A stretch of DNA of 64,000 nt from an uncultured delta proteobacterium (GTDB taxonomy: Bacteria; Desulfobacterota; Desulfuromonadia; Geobacterales; DSM-12255), in assembly GCA_963787125.1 (NCBI GenBank), contig CAWBBV010000002.1, positions 32,001-96,000 on the forward strand. The letters run 5' to 3'. Shown here in pieces: positions 40,246 to 50,735 of this stretch. The notes under the pieces are model-generated. The model worked only from the letters and a program-made list of their open reading frames with translations. It was not told the origin of the DNA and ran no database searches. How positions within the stretch are numbered: position 1 is the first letter of the stretch; every line of letters begins with the position of its first letter. Made by a program: the position numbers and the translations under genes.

Positions 40246-40679
40246 AGGCATTCCTCCAGGGTGTTTTTATGTGTTACAACGGATGGCGCAGCGCTAAAAT
40301 GATGGTGTCGCTTTACAAATAAACCAATGTGTCATATCTATACAGGAGTGGCCTGGCAGGCAAGCCCAACTAATATCTGGCCAATTCATTGATATTCAAG
40401 ATAAAAGCGTTCGGCAGCAGAATACATAGAAACGCTTAACCCAGATAACTTACAATATGTATGCCGCTGTCAAAGTATAATAGAACAAATGTTTAATCAG
40501 CATAACCGGGCGAAATCCCTGGTTTTTTCATTAACAAAAAGCCGCTGGCCGTCTTGTAAGACCGGTTTTGGGTAGATATTTCCGACAATGTATCTTTTTG
40601 ATACATTCTGAGACAGAAGCGGCGGCCACCGCTGGCCGCTTGCGGTAGGCAGTTCGAAACGGTAATTGCTGGAGAAACT

Positions 40680-42065
40680 ATGCGCGAAAAAAAAATCATC
40701 ATCTGCGACGACGAAAAGGAGATTCTCCGGTACCTGAAAAAAATCCTCACGTCGCTGGGATTTAGTGTCGACACCTACAGCGACAGCAAAACCATGCTCG
40801 ATCGACTGGAAGCAGACAGCCTCTACACTCCGGACTTTCTGGTCCAGGATATCTGCATGCCCGGCATTGATGGCATCAAGGTCCTGAAGAAAGTGCGCCT
40901 GCTGCGCCCCGACTTGCCGGTGGTAATCATGACAGCTTTTGGCACCATCGACTCTGCCGTGGAAGCGATCAAGCACGGCGCCTACGATTACATTACCAAG
41001 CCGTTTCCCAAGGAAAAGCTGATCGACGTACTGGAAAAGGCGTTGGAAAGAGAGTCGTTGCTGCAGGAAAACCAGATCCTCAAGGAGGAGTTGACCCGCA
41101 AAACCTTCCCCACAGAGATTGTCTTTGTCAGCAGCAAATTCCGCGAACTTTACGAAATGACGCTCCAGGTTGCGGCCAGTGAAGCCAACATCCTGATACA
41201 GGGGGAGTCGGGAACAGGTAAGGAGCTCATCGCCCGGGCGATTCACTTCAACAGCGCTCGCCGGGAACAGCGCTACCTGACCATTAACTGTGCCGCTCTT
41301 ACCGACTCACTGTTGGAGAGTCAGCTGTTCGGCCACATCAAAGGGGCTTTTACCGGTGCCACGTCAACCCAGAAAGGACTCCTGGAAGCGGCTGACGGCG
41401 GCACCCTCTTTCTTGACGAAATCGGCGACATGACTCTCACTCTCCAGGCAAAAATACTGCGCGTCATTCAGGAGCGGGAATTTACCCCCGTCGGTTCCAC
41501 TGCCCCCAGACGCACCGATATCAGGATTGTCGCTGCAACCAACAAGGATCTTGAGCGGGAAGTTGCGGAGGGGCGCTTCAGGGAAGACCTTTACTACCGG
41601 CTTAACGTGATCACCCTCCAGCCGCCCCCCTTAAGGGAGCGTATCGAAGACCTTGAGCCGCTGGTGAAACATTTTCTCGAAAAATATTCGTGGCGGATGA
41701 AAAAGCAGGTTGACTCCATCTCCGGAGATGCCCTGAAACTCCTGGCCTCCTATCACTGGCCCGGTAATATCCGGGAACTGGAAAACATCATCGAACGGGG
41801 GATTATTCTCGCCAAAGGGCACCGGCTGACTGCCGACCTCCTGCCGATCCTTAAAGGGACCGGCTTGACTCAGTCCATGGGTAACGACGCAAAAGATTCC
41901 CTGGCAAGTGCGGAACGCAACCACATCGTCTGGGTTCTGAAGAAAAACTCTTACCACAAGAGCCGGACTGCTGAAATCCTCGGCATAACCCGTAAAACCC
42001 TGGATCGTAAAATTGCCGAATACGGCGTCATCACCCCCAGAAACAGTCAGGAGGCGGAGTCATAA
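40680..42065 (+). CDS. NtrC-family sigma54-dependent response regulator
   Basis: REC domain, [31 protein letters not shown]. Confidence 0.95.
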   Translation: MREKKIIICDDEKEILRYLKKILTSLGFSVDTYSDSKTMLDRLEADSLYTPDFLVQDICMPGIDGIKVLKKVRLLRPDLPVVIMTAFGTIDSAVEAIKHGAYDYITKPFPKEKLIDVLEKALERESLLQENQILKEELTRKTFPTEIVFVSSKFRELYEMTLQVAASEANILIQGESGTGKELIARAIHFNSARREQRYLTINCAALTDSLLESQLFGHIKGAFTGATSTQKGLLEAADGGTLFLDEIGDMTLTLQAKILRVIQEREFTPVGSTAPRRTDIRIVAATNKDLEREVAEGRFREDLYYRLNVITLQPPPLRERIEDLEPLVKHFLEKYSWRMKKQVDSISGDALKLLASYHWPGNIRELENIIERGIILAKGHRLTADLLPILKGTGLTQSMGNDAKDSLASAERNHIVWVLKKNSYHKSRTAEILGITRKTLDRKIAEYGVITPRNSQEAES

Positions 42066-44060
42066 ATGTCTGCGCCCCGCCTCTCCATCAGGCTGAAACT
42101 CACCGTCGGCTCACTCCTGCCCCTGTTTGTCGCCATCCTCTTCTGTTCCCTGACCGGCATCTACATCATCAACTCCCGGATCAATGTCATGGCCCAGGAC
42201 AAAGTCCGCACCGACCTCAATGCGGCCAGGGAGGTCTATGGCAACGAAATCAGCCATATCCGCGACGTGGTCCGGTTCTCGGCAAACATACCTTCAGCCG
42301 TAAAGGCCGTTGCCTCCGGCGACCGCAAAGGGCTAGGGGCGTTGCTTGCGCCTCTTTTGCGCAGTGAACAGCTGGATATCCTGACGGTTGTGGATCTTAG
42401 CGGACGGGTCATCTACCGGGCCGGCAATCCGGGAGTCTTCGGCGACTACCTGCCTGAAGACCCGCTAGTGCGCCAGTCCCTGGGAGGCGGCATTACGGCC
42501 GGGAGTCTGATTTTATCTCCTGGCAGGCTTGCTCTGGAGGGCGTTGGTCTGGCGGACCGGGCATTCATCGCGGTTATCCACACTGAGCGCGCCAAACCGG
42601 AACCAAAAGTTAGTGAGCGCTCCGGCATGAGCATGGTTGCTTCCGCACCGATGCTGAACGACCAGGGGGAGATTGTCGGCGCCCTGTATGGCGGGGTGCT
42701 GCTGAACGGCAATAACGCCGTAGTCGACAAGATCAAGCGGATTGTTTTTGAAGGAGTCCAGTTTCAAGGCAAGGATGTGGGGACGGCGACCATCTTTCTT
42801 GACGATGTCAGAATCACAACCAACGTCCAAACAGTTGACGCTAAACGGGCTATCGGAACCAGAATGTCTGCCGAGGTTTACAGCCGGGTGATCCAGAAGC
42901 GGGAAAAGTGGGTTGATCGGGCCTTTGTTGTCAATGATTGGTATTTCTCTGCCTACGAACCGATCCTGGATCTGAAAGGAAGCGTAATCGGCTCTCTTTA
43001 CGTCGGCATGAGAGAAGAGCCGAATACGGCCCTCAAAAAAAAGATCAACTTTCTCTTTGCCGGGGTGCTGCTGGCCGGCTCCCTTTTCGGACTGGTTGTA
43101 TCCGGAGTTATCGGCAGCCGGCTGTCGCGGCCTATCAGGGAGCTGAAAAAGGCAGTACAGCGGTTTTCAGTCGGGGAGCGAGAGTTGCAAATCGAAGTCA
43201 CAAGCGGCGACGAGATCGGCGAATTGGCCCTGGAATTCAAGAACATGACCGTTGCACTCATGCAGCGCGAGACTGCCATCAACGAGCTGAACCGGGATCT
43301 GGAACAAAAAGTACATGAGCGGACTGCCGAGCTTGAGGAGAAAAACCTCCTCCTCATGAAGACCCAGTCCGAGCTGGTAAGAGCTGAGAAACTGGCGGCG
43401 GTGGGAGAACTGGCCGCCGGGGTCGCCCACGAAATCAACAACCCCATGGCTATTATTCGCGGCAATGCTGAAGTGTTACTGATGGAGTTGCCGCCGGATC
43501 ACCCCAGCCGCGAGGAAGCAGAGATCATAGCCCGGCAGGTAGGGAGGGTCAAGAGGATCGTCGCCAATCTCCTCTCCTTTGCCCGCAAGCAGCCGAGAAG
43601 TATCAACCAGGTGCTGATCGTCCCACTTCTGGAAGAGATTGTGGAGCAGCTGAAACATCATGTTTCGCTGGCGAATATCCGGATAAACTGGGAATTGCCG
43701 CTTGATGAAATCGCTCTTGACGGGGATGAGGAACAGCTGCGGCAGGTGTTCACCAACCTGGTCATAAATGCAGTCCAATCGATGGAGAACGGTGGAACCA
43801 TTACTATCCGGGCTCTTTTAGACGATGAAAAGGATTGTTGCTGCATAGAGATTGAAGACCGGGGCAACGGCATTCCCCCGGAACAGCTCAAGGATATTTT
43901 CACTCCGTTCTTCACCACCAAAACGAGCGGCACAGGCCTAGGGCTGTCAGTCTCCTACGGCATCATAAGGGAGCATGGCGGGATGATTGCGGCCAGAAGC
44001 GAGGCGGGTTCAGGCGCCATTTTCATCGTTACCCTGCCATTGGCCCGGCAAACCTGTTGA
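42066..44060 (+). CDS. Cache/HAMP sensor histidine kinase
   Basis: Two TMs, VGTATIF..RAIGT, HAMP DEIGEL, AHEINNP, FFTTK..GTGLGL. Confidence 0.93.
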   Translation: MSAPRLSIRLKLTVGSLLPLFVAILFCSLTGIYIINSRINVMAQDKVRTDLNAAREVYGNEISHIRDVVRFSANIPSAVKAVASGDRKGLGALLAPLLRSEQLDILTVVDLSGRVIYRAGNPGVFGDYLPEDPLVRQSLGGGITAGSLILSPGRLALEGVGLADRAFIAVIHTERAKPEPKVSERSGMSMVASAPMLNDQGEIVGALYGGVLLNGNNAVVDKIKRIVFEGVQFQGKDVGTATIFLDDVRITTNVQTVDAKRAIGTRMSAEVYSRVIQKREKWVDRAFVVNDWYFSAYEPILDLKGSVIGSLYVGMREEPNTALKKKINFLFAGVLLAGSLFGLVVSGVIGSRLSRPIRELKKAVQRFSVGERELQIEVTSGDEIGELALEFKNMTVALMQRETAINELNRDLEQKVHERTAELEEKNLLLMKTQSELVRAEKLAAVGELAAGVAHEINNPMAIIRGNAEVLLMELPPDHPSREEAEIIARQVGRVKRIVANLLSFARKQPRSINQVLIVPLLEEIVEQLKHHVSLANIRINWELPLDEIALDGDEEQLRQVFTNLVINAVQSMENGGTITIRALLDDEKDCCCIEIEDRGNGIPPEQLKDIFTPFFTTKTSGTGLGLSVSYGIIREHGGMIAARSEAGSGAIFIVTLPLARQTC

Positions 44061-44186
44061 CAGGAGATCGTCCGGGCTGCCACCCTGCAAATGTCCTGTT
44101 CGCAGCCGATGGCAACAGCTGGCCATTTCCGGCTTGTAATGTCAGGGCAAAATGAGTATAAGGTCTGAAATATCGGCTTAATCAAT

Positions 44187-44284
44187 GGAAGCACTTCGGT
44201 CTCTGGTGGGCCGCCCGGTCTTCAAAACCGGTGGGGGGGATGAGAAATCTCCCCGGTGGGTTCGATTCCCATGTGCTTCCGCCA
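44187..44284 (+). tRNA. selC: tRNA-Sec (anticodon UCA)
   Basis: 8-bp acceptor stem GGAAGCAC/GTGCTTCC-GCCA, anticodon arm CCGGT-CTTCAAA-ACCGG, long variable arm, GTTCGATTC. Confidence 0.96.
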
Positions 44285-44347
44285 ATATTTGAGCCCTTGC
44301 AAACAGAGGCTTTTTTAAACACGCAGGCAGCAAAGGAAGACAAATAA

Positions 44348-44755
44348 ATGCCTGAAGACATTCGCTGGAAACAACGCTTTGACAACTACAGCCGCGCACT
44401 TCATCAATTGACCCTTGCAGTGCAACTGATGCACCAACGGCCGCTATCAAATCTTGAACTGCAGGGATTGATTCAGGGGTTTGAGTTTACCCATGAACTT
44501 GCCTGGAATGTCCTGAAAGATTATCTGGAGTTTGAGGGGATTCAAGGATTGATAGGCTCAAGAAGCACGGTGCGTGAGGCATTCAAGAGGGGTCTGGTTA
44601 TGGATGGCGAAGCCTGGATGGATATGATTGAAAAACGAAACCTCTCCAGTCATACCTATAACCAGGACGTTGCTGAAACTCTGGTGGCAGCTATCGACGA
44701 AAGTTATTATCCTGCATTCATGGCACTCCAGGAGCGTTTTGAGAAAGAGATTTAG
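44348..44755 (+). CDS. HEPN / nucleotidyltransferase substrate-binding protein (HI0074-like)
   Basis: RWKQRF, GLIQGFEFTHELAW, RNLSSHTY (Rx4H). Confidence 0.9.
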   Translation: MPEDIRWKQRFDNYSRALHQLTLAVQLMHQRPLSNLELQGLIQGFEFTHELAWNVLKDYLEFEGIQGLIGSRSTVREAFKRGLVMDGEAWMDMIEKRNLSSHTYNQDVAETLVAAIDESYYPAFMALQERFEKEI

Positions 44756-44757
44756 TC

Positions 44758-45072
44758 ATGCCTGAATTCGGTCTTCCTGATAAAACCATAACTACCATTC
44801 GGAAGATATTTGTTGAGTTCCCCGCGGTGGAAAAAGCTATCCTGTACGGTTCGCGTGCTAAAGGGAATTATAAGCATGGTTCTGACATTGACCTGACCCT
44901 TGTTGGGGATATGCTTGACAGCAACACTCTGGGCAAGGTTGCAGACAGGCTCGATGAATCGTCGATTCCCTATCAGGTTGATCTCTCGATTTTCGAACAA
45001 CTCAGGCACGCCGGACTGCGGGAACATATCGAAAGGGTCGGAGTGGTGTTTTATGAGCGGCAAGGCACTTAG
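44758..45072 (+). CDS. Minimal nucleotidyltransferase (MNT)
   Basis: LYGSRAKGNYKHGSDIDL. Confidence 0.9.
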   Translation: MPEFGLPDKTITTIRKIFVEFPAVEKAILYGSRAKGNYKHGSDIDLTLVGDMLDSNTLGKVADRLDESSIPYQVDLSIFEQLRHAGLREHIERVGVVFYERQGT

Positions 45073-45074
45073 TT

Positions 45075-45104
45075 CTCTGGTGGGCTAGATTCCCATGTGC
45101 GCCA
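45075..45104 (+). repeat. Degenerate duplicate of the selC 3' end (att-like)
   Basis: ctctggtgggctagattcccatgtgc----gcca versus tRNA ccccggtgggttcgattcccatgtgcttccgcca. Confidence 0.75.
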
Positions 45105-45119
45105 TTCACGCAAATCCTG

Positions 45120-47504
45120 CTACACCCCAACCTGCTGCTGATACAGATATTTCTGAAACCCCGCAAACACCCTGCCGATTTCAGCAGCTTTCCCAAGATC
45201 GGCCTCGGCATCTCTCAACGAGTCATGATATTTGAGTTTGAGCAGCGGCGATAGTTTCGCCATGTCCAGCTCATCCACGCCTACCTCCACATAATGGGCC
45301 AGCACGAAGTCAAGAAAGGTCTGCTGTTTGCTGGTGAAGTGCTGGGTGATGAGCGTTCGTGCCTTTGCTGCCCGCTCTTCACGGGTGAGGGTTGGCAGGG
45401 CATAGGCGACATGGGCCAGCACGTCGAAGAGGTCGCTCTTCTCCGCATCAACGATCTTCTGCATTTCGCCAAGTTGCTCTTTGCCGAAACCCTTCTCTCC
45501 AAGCCCCGCCAGCAGCTTCCGGCGGGTATCAGGCCGACTCCATAAGGTACGCAGTTCGTCTTCGTTCTTGAAGAACTCGGGGAGCTTGCCGAACAGCATT
45601 TCCATGAACTGCTGGGCTGTTACCGGTATGCCACCAGGATGCCAGTAGCTGGACACGATCGTATGCTTAATGTTGCGTTCCTTACCATCGGCAAGCTGCA
45701 CCTTGACCTTGACCCGCCGGATACATTCACACGGCAATTGGCCGCAAAACGTGCAGGGTTCCGGCTCCGGCCTCTCACAGACACACGGACGCTGGCCGCA
45801 GGCCTTGCAGAGCGGCTTGACACATTCGCAAGGGAAACCGCCGCATATCTCGCATGCCTCCGGCTCAAGCGGTTCGCCATCCCATTCCGGGTCGCGGAAA
45901 TGTTCGTGCGCCTTCACAAAGTCGTAGATCGTGAAGTAGTCCTTGCCATCGAAGAGCCGGGTGCCGCGGCCGATGATCTGCTTGAACTCGATGATTTGCC
46001 TGATCGGGCGCATCAGCACGATGTTGCGGATATTACGGGCATCGACACCGGTTGACAGCTTTTGCGAGGTGGTGAGAATGGTCGGAATGGTCTTCTCGTT
46101 GTCCTGAAAGTCGCGCAGGAACTGATTGCCGATCTCCCCTTCGTCGGCAGTGACCCGCACACAATAATTCGGTTCCGTGCTGCTTTTCATCCGGTTGATT
46201 AAATCACGCACTACCAAGGCATGAGCCTGATTCGCACAGAACACCAGCGTCTTTTCCCGCTGATCAATCTGGTTCATGAAGATTTCAACGCGCTTCTTCT
46301 CCCGCTCGTAAATGACGATTTTCCGGTTAAAGTCCGCCTCTTCGTAAACCCTGCCCGCCTCTATCTCCCCCTCGACGACCATATCATCAGGGGTGTAGAC
46401 GTATTCATCCAGCGTGGTGGTGATCTGTTTGATCTTGAATGGGGTAAGAAAACCGTCGTTGATTCCTTCTTTCAGTGAGTAGACATAGACCGGTTCGCCG
46501 AAATAGTCGTAGGTATCCACGTTGTCGTCACGCTTGGGGGTGGCTGTCAAGCCAAGCTGCACGGCGGGTTTGAAGTATTCCATGATCTCGCGCCAACTGC
46601 TCTCATCATTGGCTCCGCCGCGGTGGCATTCGTCGATGATAATACAATCGAAGAAGTCTTTCGGGTAGTCACCGAAATAAGGGGTCTCGCCCAGGCCGCT
46701 CATAAAGGTCTGAAAGATGGTGAAAAAGACGCTGCCGTTGGTCGGCACTCTCCCCTTCTTGCGGATGGAGTCGGGATCGATGCGCACCAGCGCGTCTTCC
46801 TTGAAGGCGGCGAAGGAGGAAAAATCGTTGTAGGCCTGATCGGCCAGATTAACCCGGTCGGCCAGGAAGAGGATACGCGGCAGCCGTGACGTTTCACGGC
46901 TCAGACTCCAGCGGGACTGGAACAGTTTCCAGGCGATCTGGAAGGCGATTGAGGTCTTGCCGGTGCCGGTAGCCAGGGTCAGGAGGATGCGGTCGTTTCC
47001 CTCGGCAATCCGCTCCAGCACCCGCTCCATGGCGATCTGCTGATAAAAGCGGATCTGCCAGCTGCCGCTCTTGTCGGCAACCGGCACAGCGGCGAAGCGG
47101 TCGCGCCAGCCGTTCGCGGCGCTAAAGGTCAGGTCCCAGAGTTCGGCAGGGGTGGGATAGCGGGCAACATCCCCTTCTATCCCGGTTGCCATGTCGATGC
47201 CGTAAATCTTCTGGCCGTTGGTGGCGTAGGTGTAGCGCACGGCCAGCTTCCCGGCGTAGATCTTCGCCTGGGCCGCCCCTTCGGTGTAGGGCCGGCCCCA
47301 TGCCTTGGCCTCGATCACCGCCAGCTTGTGGTTGCGGTAGATCAGCACGTAATCGGCCACCTGCGGCTCGCCGCGCACCCCCTTGCCCAGGATGCGGCCG
47401 GGGGTGATTACCTCCCGGCGGATGCGGCTCCCTTCAACCACTCCCCAGCCGGCAGCTTTCAGGGCGGGGTCGATATGTTCGGCTCTGGTTTCGGCTTCGT
47501 TCAT
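45120..47504 (-). CDS. hsdR: Type I restriction endonuclease R subunit (EcoAI/EcoEI-like)
   Basis: MNEAETR..IDP.L, ADY..IEAK, LATGTGKT, DECHRG, LTATP, QIIGRGTR. Confidence 0.93.
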   Translation of the reverse strand: MNEAETRAEHIDPALKAAGWGVVEGSRIRREVITPGRILGKGVRGEPQVADYVLIYRNHKLAVIEAKAWGRPYTEGAAQAKIYAGKLAVRYTYATNGQKIYGIDMATGIEGDVARYPTPAELWDLTFSAANGWRDRFAAVPVADKSGSWQIRFYQQIAMERVLERIAEGNDRILLTLATGTGKTSIAFQIAWKLFQSRWSLSRETSRLPRILFLADRVNLADQAYNDFSSFAAFKEDALVRIDPDSIRKKGRVPTNGSVFFTIFQTFMSGLGETPYFGDYPKDFFDCIIIDECHRGGANDESSWREIMEYFKPAVQLGLTATPKRDDNVDTYDYFGEPVYVYSLKEGINDGFLTPFKIKQITTTLDEYVYTPDDMVVEGEIEAGRVYEEADFNRKIVIYEREKKRVEIFMNQIDQREKTLVFCANQAHALVVRDLINRMKSSTEPNYCVRVTADEGEIGNQFLRDFQDNEKTIPTILTTSQKLSTGVDARNIRNIVLMRPIRQIIEFKQIIGRGTRLFDGKDYFTIYDFVKAHEHFRDPEWDGEPLEPEACEICGGFPCECVKPLCKACGQRPCVCERPEPEPCTFCGQLPCECIRRVKVKVQLADGKERNIKHTIVSSYWHPGGIPVTAQQFMEMLFGKLPEFFKNEDELRTLWSRPDTRRKLLAGLGEKGFGKEQLGEMQKIVDAEKSDLFDVLAHVAYALPTLTREERAAKARTLITQHFTSKQQTFLDFVLAHYVEVGVDELDMAKLSPLLKLKYHDSLRDAEADLGKAAEIGRVFAGFQKYLYQQQVGV

Positions 47505-47514
47505 GGGCGGCTTC

Positions 47515-48645
47515 CTAGAGTTGACCGGTGAAGGCTTGGTCGAGGAGTGATTTTTTCAGGGCGTCGAGGGCGGCAAGTTTCTGCTGGTAGATGGATTCGA
47601 GGTCATCTGTTTGTTCTCGAAGAGAATCCATCGTCGTAACAATCCTCTCCTGACTTGCAAGGCTCGGTAGTGCAATCTCCATGTCCTTGATCATTCCAAG
47701 TTTTAGAAACTTCGTCCCTGCACCAACTGACTGTTCTTTGAATTTCTTTAGGCTCTTCAACATCTGGAAATACAAAAATCGATATAACACACGCTTTTGT
47801 TCATTCACCGTGATCACATAAGTGCGCTGGTAAGCATTAAATTTCCCTTTGTAGTGCTTCACATTGAAGTCACCTACTGCATTGTTGCCTGCCAAGAGAA
47901 TCGCTTCAAAGTCAAAAGCAAAATTATCGATAGCGTAAATTTCTCTTGAGCAAGTGAAAAAGGGATACTGTCCATCTTCAACTGCCGCATTAGCATCTAA
48001 TTTACCCGTGGTTATCTTAACCAAATCTCCAAGCGGAACCTTATCCGCATCTATGTTGTTCAGGTGGCTTTCAAAGATAGCACGGGCACTCCTGAGGTTC
48101 TTTTCGGCGTTGGCTTTGGCGGTGGTGATACCGTCAAATGCTTTGTCGAGGATGGTGACAATGCGCTGCTGTTCGGTTGGCGTGGGGAAATGAACTTGAA
48201 GCTCTTTTAGCTTTGCCTTGTTCAGCGTCATTCCCTTCAGCTTCACATCGTTTTCAGCAGCCTTTTTCCAATCAAAAAAGTGTAGGAAGTAGAAAAGGAA
48301 TTCCTTTGAAAGCTCTTTCTCATTGAAAATGGTGAGTGCCACAATCGCCTCATTCGTGAACAGGTCGCGACCTGCAAAAGCTAATCGTCCAAGCGTGAGC
48401 TTGAAACTCGCAAGCAGTGTACCTTTGCGAACGTTCTTAGAAATGGCTGCGCCTTTGTCCGAGAGGTATTCTTTACTATCAACGACAACATTGTCCTCGG
48501 CATTTAGAAGGTCAGCGATTGATAACCAGACGTTGTCAGTTTCACGCTTCTCATCCCAAAACGCCTTATGTGCTCTCGCTGGTGTTTTACCCAGTTCGAT
48601 CTTGCACAAATCTCCAAGCTTCTTTTTCTGCCACCCTACCTTCAT
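47515..48645 (-). CDS. hsdS: Type I specificity subunit
   Basis: GW..KKLGD, two AT-richer TRDs, P..EQQRIV, LKKSLLDQAFTGQL. Confidence 0.93.
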   Translation of the reverse strand: MKVGWQKKKLGDLCKIELGKTPARAHKAFWDEKRETDNVWLSIADLLNAEDNVVVDSKEYLSDKGAAISKNVRKGTLLASFKLTLGRLAFAGRDLFTNEAIVALTIFNEKELSKEFLFYFLHFFDWKKAAENDVKLKGMTLNKAKLKELQVHFPTPTEQQRIVTILDKAFDGITTAKANAEKNLRSARAIFESHLNNIDADKVPLGDLVKITTGKLDANAAVEDGQYPFFTCSREIYAIDNFAFDFEAILLAGNNAVGDFNVKHYKGKFNAYQRTYVITVNEQKRVLYRFLYFQMLKSLKKFKEQSVGAGTKFLKLGMIKDMEIALPSLASQERIVTTMDSLREQTDDLESIYQQKLAALDALKKSLLDQAFTGQL

Positions 48646-50099
48646 AGCAACGCCCTGATATTCGCCAGCACTGCCGCACTCTCGGCATCCAGCGCCGCAA
48701 TCTCATCCATGATCACCTGCGGGCTGCGATGGACAATCTCTTCACCGCCATCGGGGTTCTTCACCGAAAGATCATACCCTTCGGCTCCGCTCAGGGCGCT
48801 GATATCCACGCTCCAGCTCTTGGGCGAATCGGCAAAGGTACGCTGCAGTTGGATGAACTCCTGCAGATCGTCATCATTGAGCGGGTTGGTCTTCCCCATG
48901 TTGCGGCCAACGTCGAGCGAGTAGTACCAGACTGTGCGGGTCTTGGTTCCCTTCTCGAAGAACAGCACTACGGTCTTCACTCCCGCCCCCTGGAAGGTGC
49001 CGCCGGGACAGTCGAGCACCGTGTGCAGGTTGCAGCTTTCCAGCAGCAGCTTGCGCAGACTCACTGAGGCGTTGTCGGTATTGGAGAGAAAGGTGTTCTT
49101 GATGACCACTCCTGCCTTGCCGCCTGCTCTAAGCATCTTGATGAAGTGCTGCAGGAAGAGGAAGGCGGTTTCGCCAGTGCGGATCGGGAAGTTCTGCTGC
49201 ACCTCCTTGCGCTCTTTGCCGCCGAAGGGAGGGTTGGCCAGGATCACGTCGTAGCGGTCTTTCTCCTGAATGCCGGCAAGGTTCTCGGCCAGGGTGTTGG
49301 TGTGGATGATGTTGGGCGCTTCGATGCCATGGAGGATCATGTTCATGATGGCGATGACATAGGCGAGCGACTTCTTTTCCTTGCCGTAGAAGGTGGACTC
49401 CTGCAACAGCTTCATGTCGTCGGTGGTGAGGCCGGGCCGGGCCTTGAGGTAGTCGAAAGCTTCGCACAAAAAGCCTGCCGAACCGACCGCGCCGTCATAG
49501 ATCCGTTTGCCAACCTCCGGATTCACCACCTGCACAATGGCGCGGATCAGGGGGCGCGGGGTGTAATACTCGCCGCCGTTCCTGCCGGCGTTCCCCATGT
49601 TCTTGATCTTGGCTTCGTAGAGGTGGGACAGCTCGTGCTTCTCGGTCTGGGAGCGGAAGCGCAGCTCGTCGATATGGTCGATGATGTCGCGGAGGATATA
49701 GCCGCTGTGGATCTTGTTCTTGATCTCGCCGAATATCTGGCCGATCTTGTATTCGATGGTATTCGGCCCGCTGGCCTTCTGCTTGAAGCCGTGCAGGTAG
49801 GGGAACAGCTTAGCGTCAACGAAGCTCCGCAGGTCGTCGCCAGCCAGAGCCTTGCTGTGGTCGAGCTTGCCGTCGGCGGTCTTGGGTGCTGCCCAGCTTT
49901 CCCAGCGGTATTGTTCATCAAGGATGAAGGAGTACGCCTTTCCCTCCAGTTCCGCCTCCATGGCCTTGTCTTGCTCCAGCCCGTCCAGATATTTCAGAAA
50001 CAGCAGCCAGGAAGTCTGCTCTGCATAGTCCAGTTCACTGGCACAACCAGCTTCTTTCCGGAGTGCGTCGTCGATATTCTTGAAGGCCTGTTCAAACAT
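48642..50099 (-). CDS. hsdM: Type I m6A methyltransferase
   Basis: GEYYTPRP, YDGAVGSAGFL, NPPF. Confidence 0.94.
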   Translation of the reverse strand: MFEQAFKNIDDALRKEAGCASELDYAEQTSWLLFLKYLDGLEQDKAMEAELEGKAYSFILDEQYRWESWAAPKTADGKLDHSKALAGDDLRSFVDAKLFPYLHGFKQKASGPNTIEYKIGQIFGEIKNKIHSGYILRDIIDHIDELRFRSQTEKHELSHLYEAKIKNMGNAGRNGGEYYTPRPLIRAIVQVVNPEVGKRIYDGAVGSAGFLCEAFDYLKARPGLTTDDMKLLQESTFYGKEKKSLAYVIAIMNMILHGIEAPNIIHTNTLAENLAGIQEKDRYDVILANPPFGGKERKEVQQNFPIRTGETAFLFLQHFIKMLRAGGKAGVVIKNTFLSNTDNASVSLRKLLLESCNLHTVLDCPGGTFQGAGVKTVVLFFEKGTKTRTVWYYSLDVGRNMGKTNPLNDDDLQEFIQLQRTFADSPKSWSVDISALSGAEGYDLSVKNPDGGEEIVHRSPQVIMDEIAALDAESAAVLANIRALL

Positions 50100-50220
50100 G
50101 GTGCTCCTCTGAAACGCAGTAAGTCGCCAGAGAGTACAACATATTTTGCTATATAAACAACACTAATTGATAGCTGTTCATTACGTGTTTGCTGCAAAGA
50201 CGGTTTGTTATAGTGGCGAC

Positions 50221-50580
50221 ATGTCACAGAAAATCATCAAAACCGGAGAAATTGGGGTGGCTATCAGGAAGCGCCGCAAGGAGCTGGGCTGGTCGCAGGA
50301 ACAGTTGGCCGAAAAGGCGGGAGTTACCTTTCAGCAGATGCAGCGCTATGAGAACGGCAGCACCATGCTGAACGTGGAAAATGTCCAGCGGATCGCCGAC
50401 ATTCTTGGACTGCCGGTTACCGACTTCTTTGTAGCGGGTAGGTCTGTCACCGTAGCGGAACCGGTCGAATCCTATTTCGCTGCCGACGAAAAGGCACTAC
50501 TGCGGCATTATCGATCCATTACCGTAATTGCCGACCGGAGACTGGCTGCAAATGTAGTCAAGCGGTTGGCTAAGAAGTAA
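50221..50580 (+). CDS. XRE-family HTH regulator
   Basis: IGVAIRKRRKELGWSQEQLAEKAGVTFQQMQRYENG. Confidence 0.88.
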   Translation: MSQKIIKTGEIGVAIRKRRKELGWSQEQLAEKAGVTFQQMQRYENGSTMLNVENVQRIADILGLPVTDFFVAGRSVTVAEPVESYFAADEKALLRHYRSITVIADRRLAANVVKRLAKK

Positions 50581-50620
50581 TCGGCAACTGTAGCGCCCTG
50601 TTAAAAGCTCGCCTGAATAA

Positions 50621-50655
50621 TAAAGGCCCCATGCTCTGAAGCTTGGGGCCTTTAT
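50621..50655. terminator. Terminator-like hairpin
   Basis: TAAAGGCCCCA...TGGGGCCTTTA. Confidence 0.65.
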
Positions 50656-50735
50656 GCGTTATAGTGGGCCATACGGGAAGGGCGAATCAGAAGTGGTAAT
50701 TTTTAGTTTGCTCTTTATGCCATTTCTGGCATTAT

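Noticed and set aside
40451..40467. Sigma54 promoter for fdnG (CGGCATACATATTGTA, minus strand)
   Set aside because: Plausible given the adjacent NtrC-like gene, but the -12 GC is GT; too weak to call
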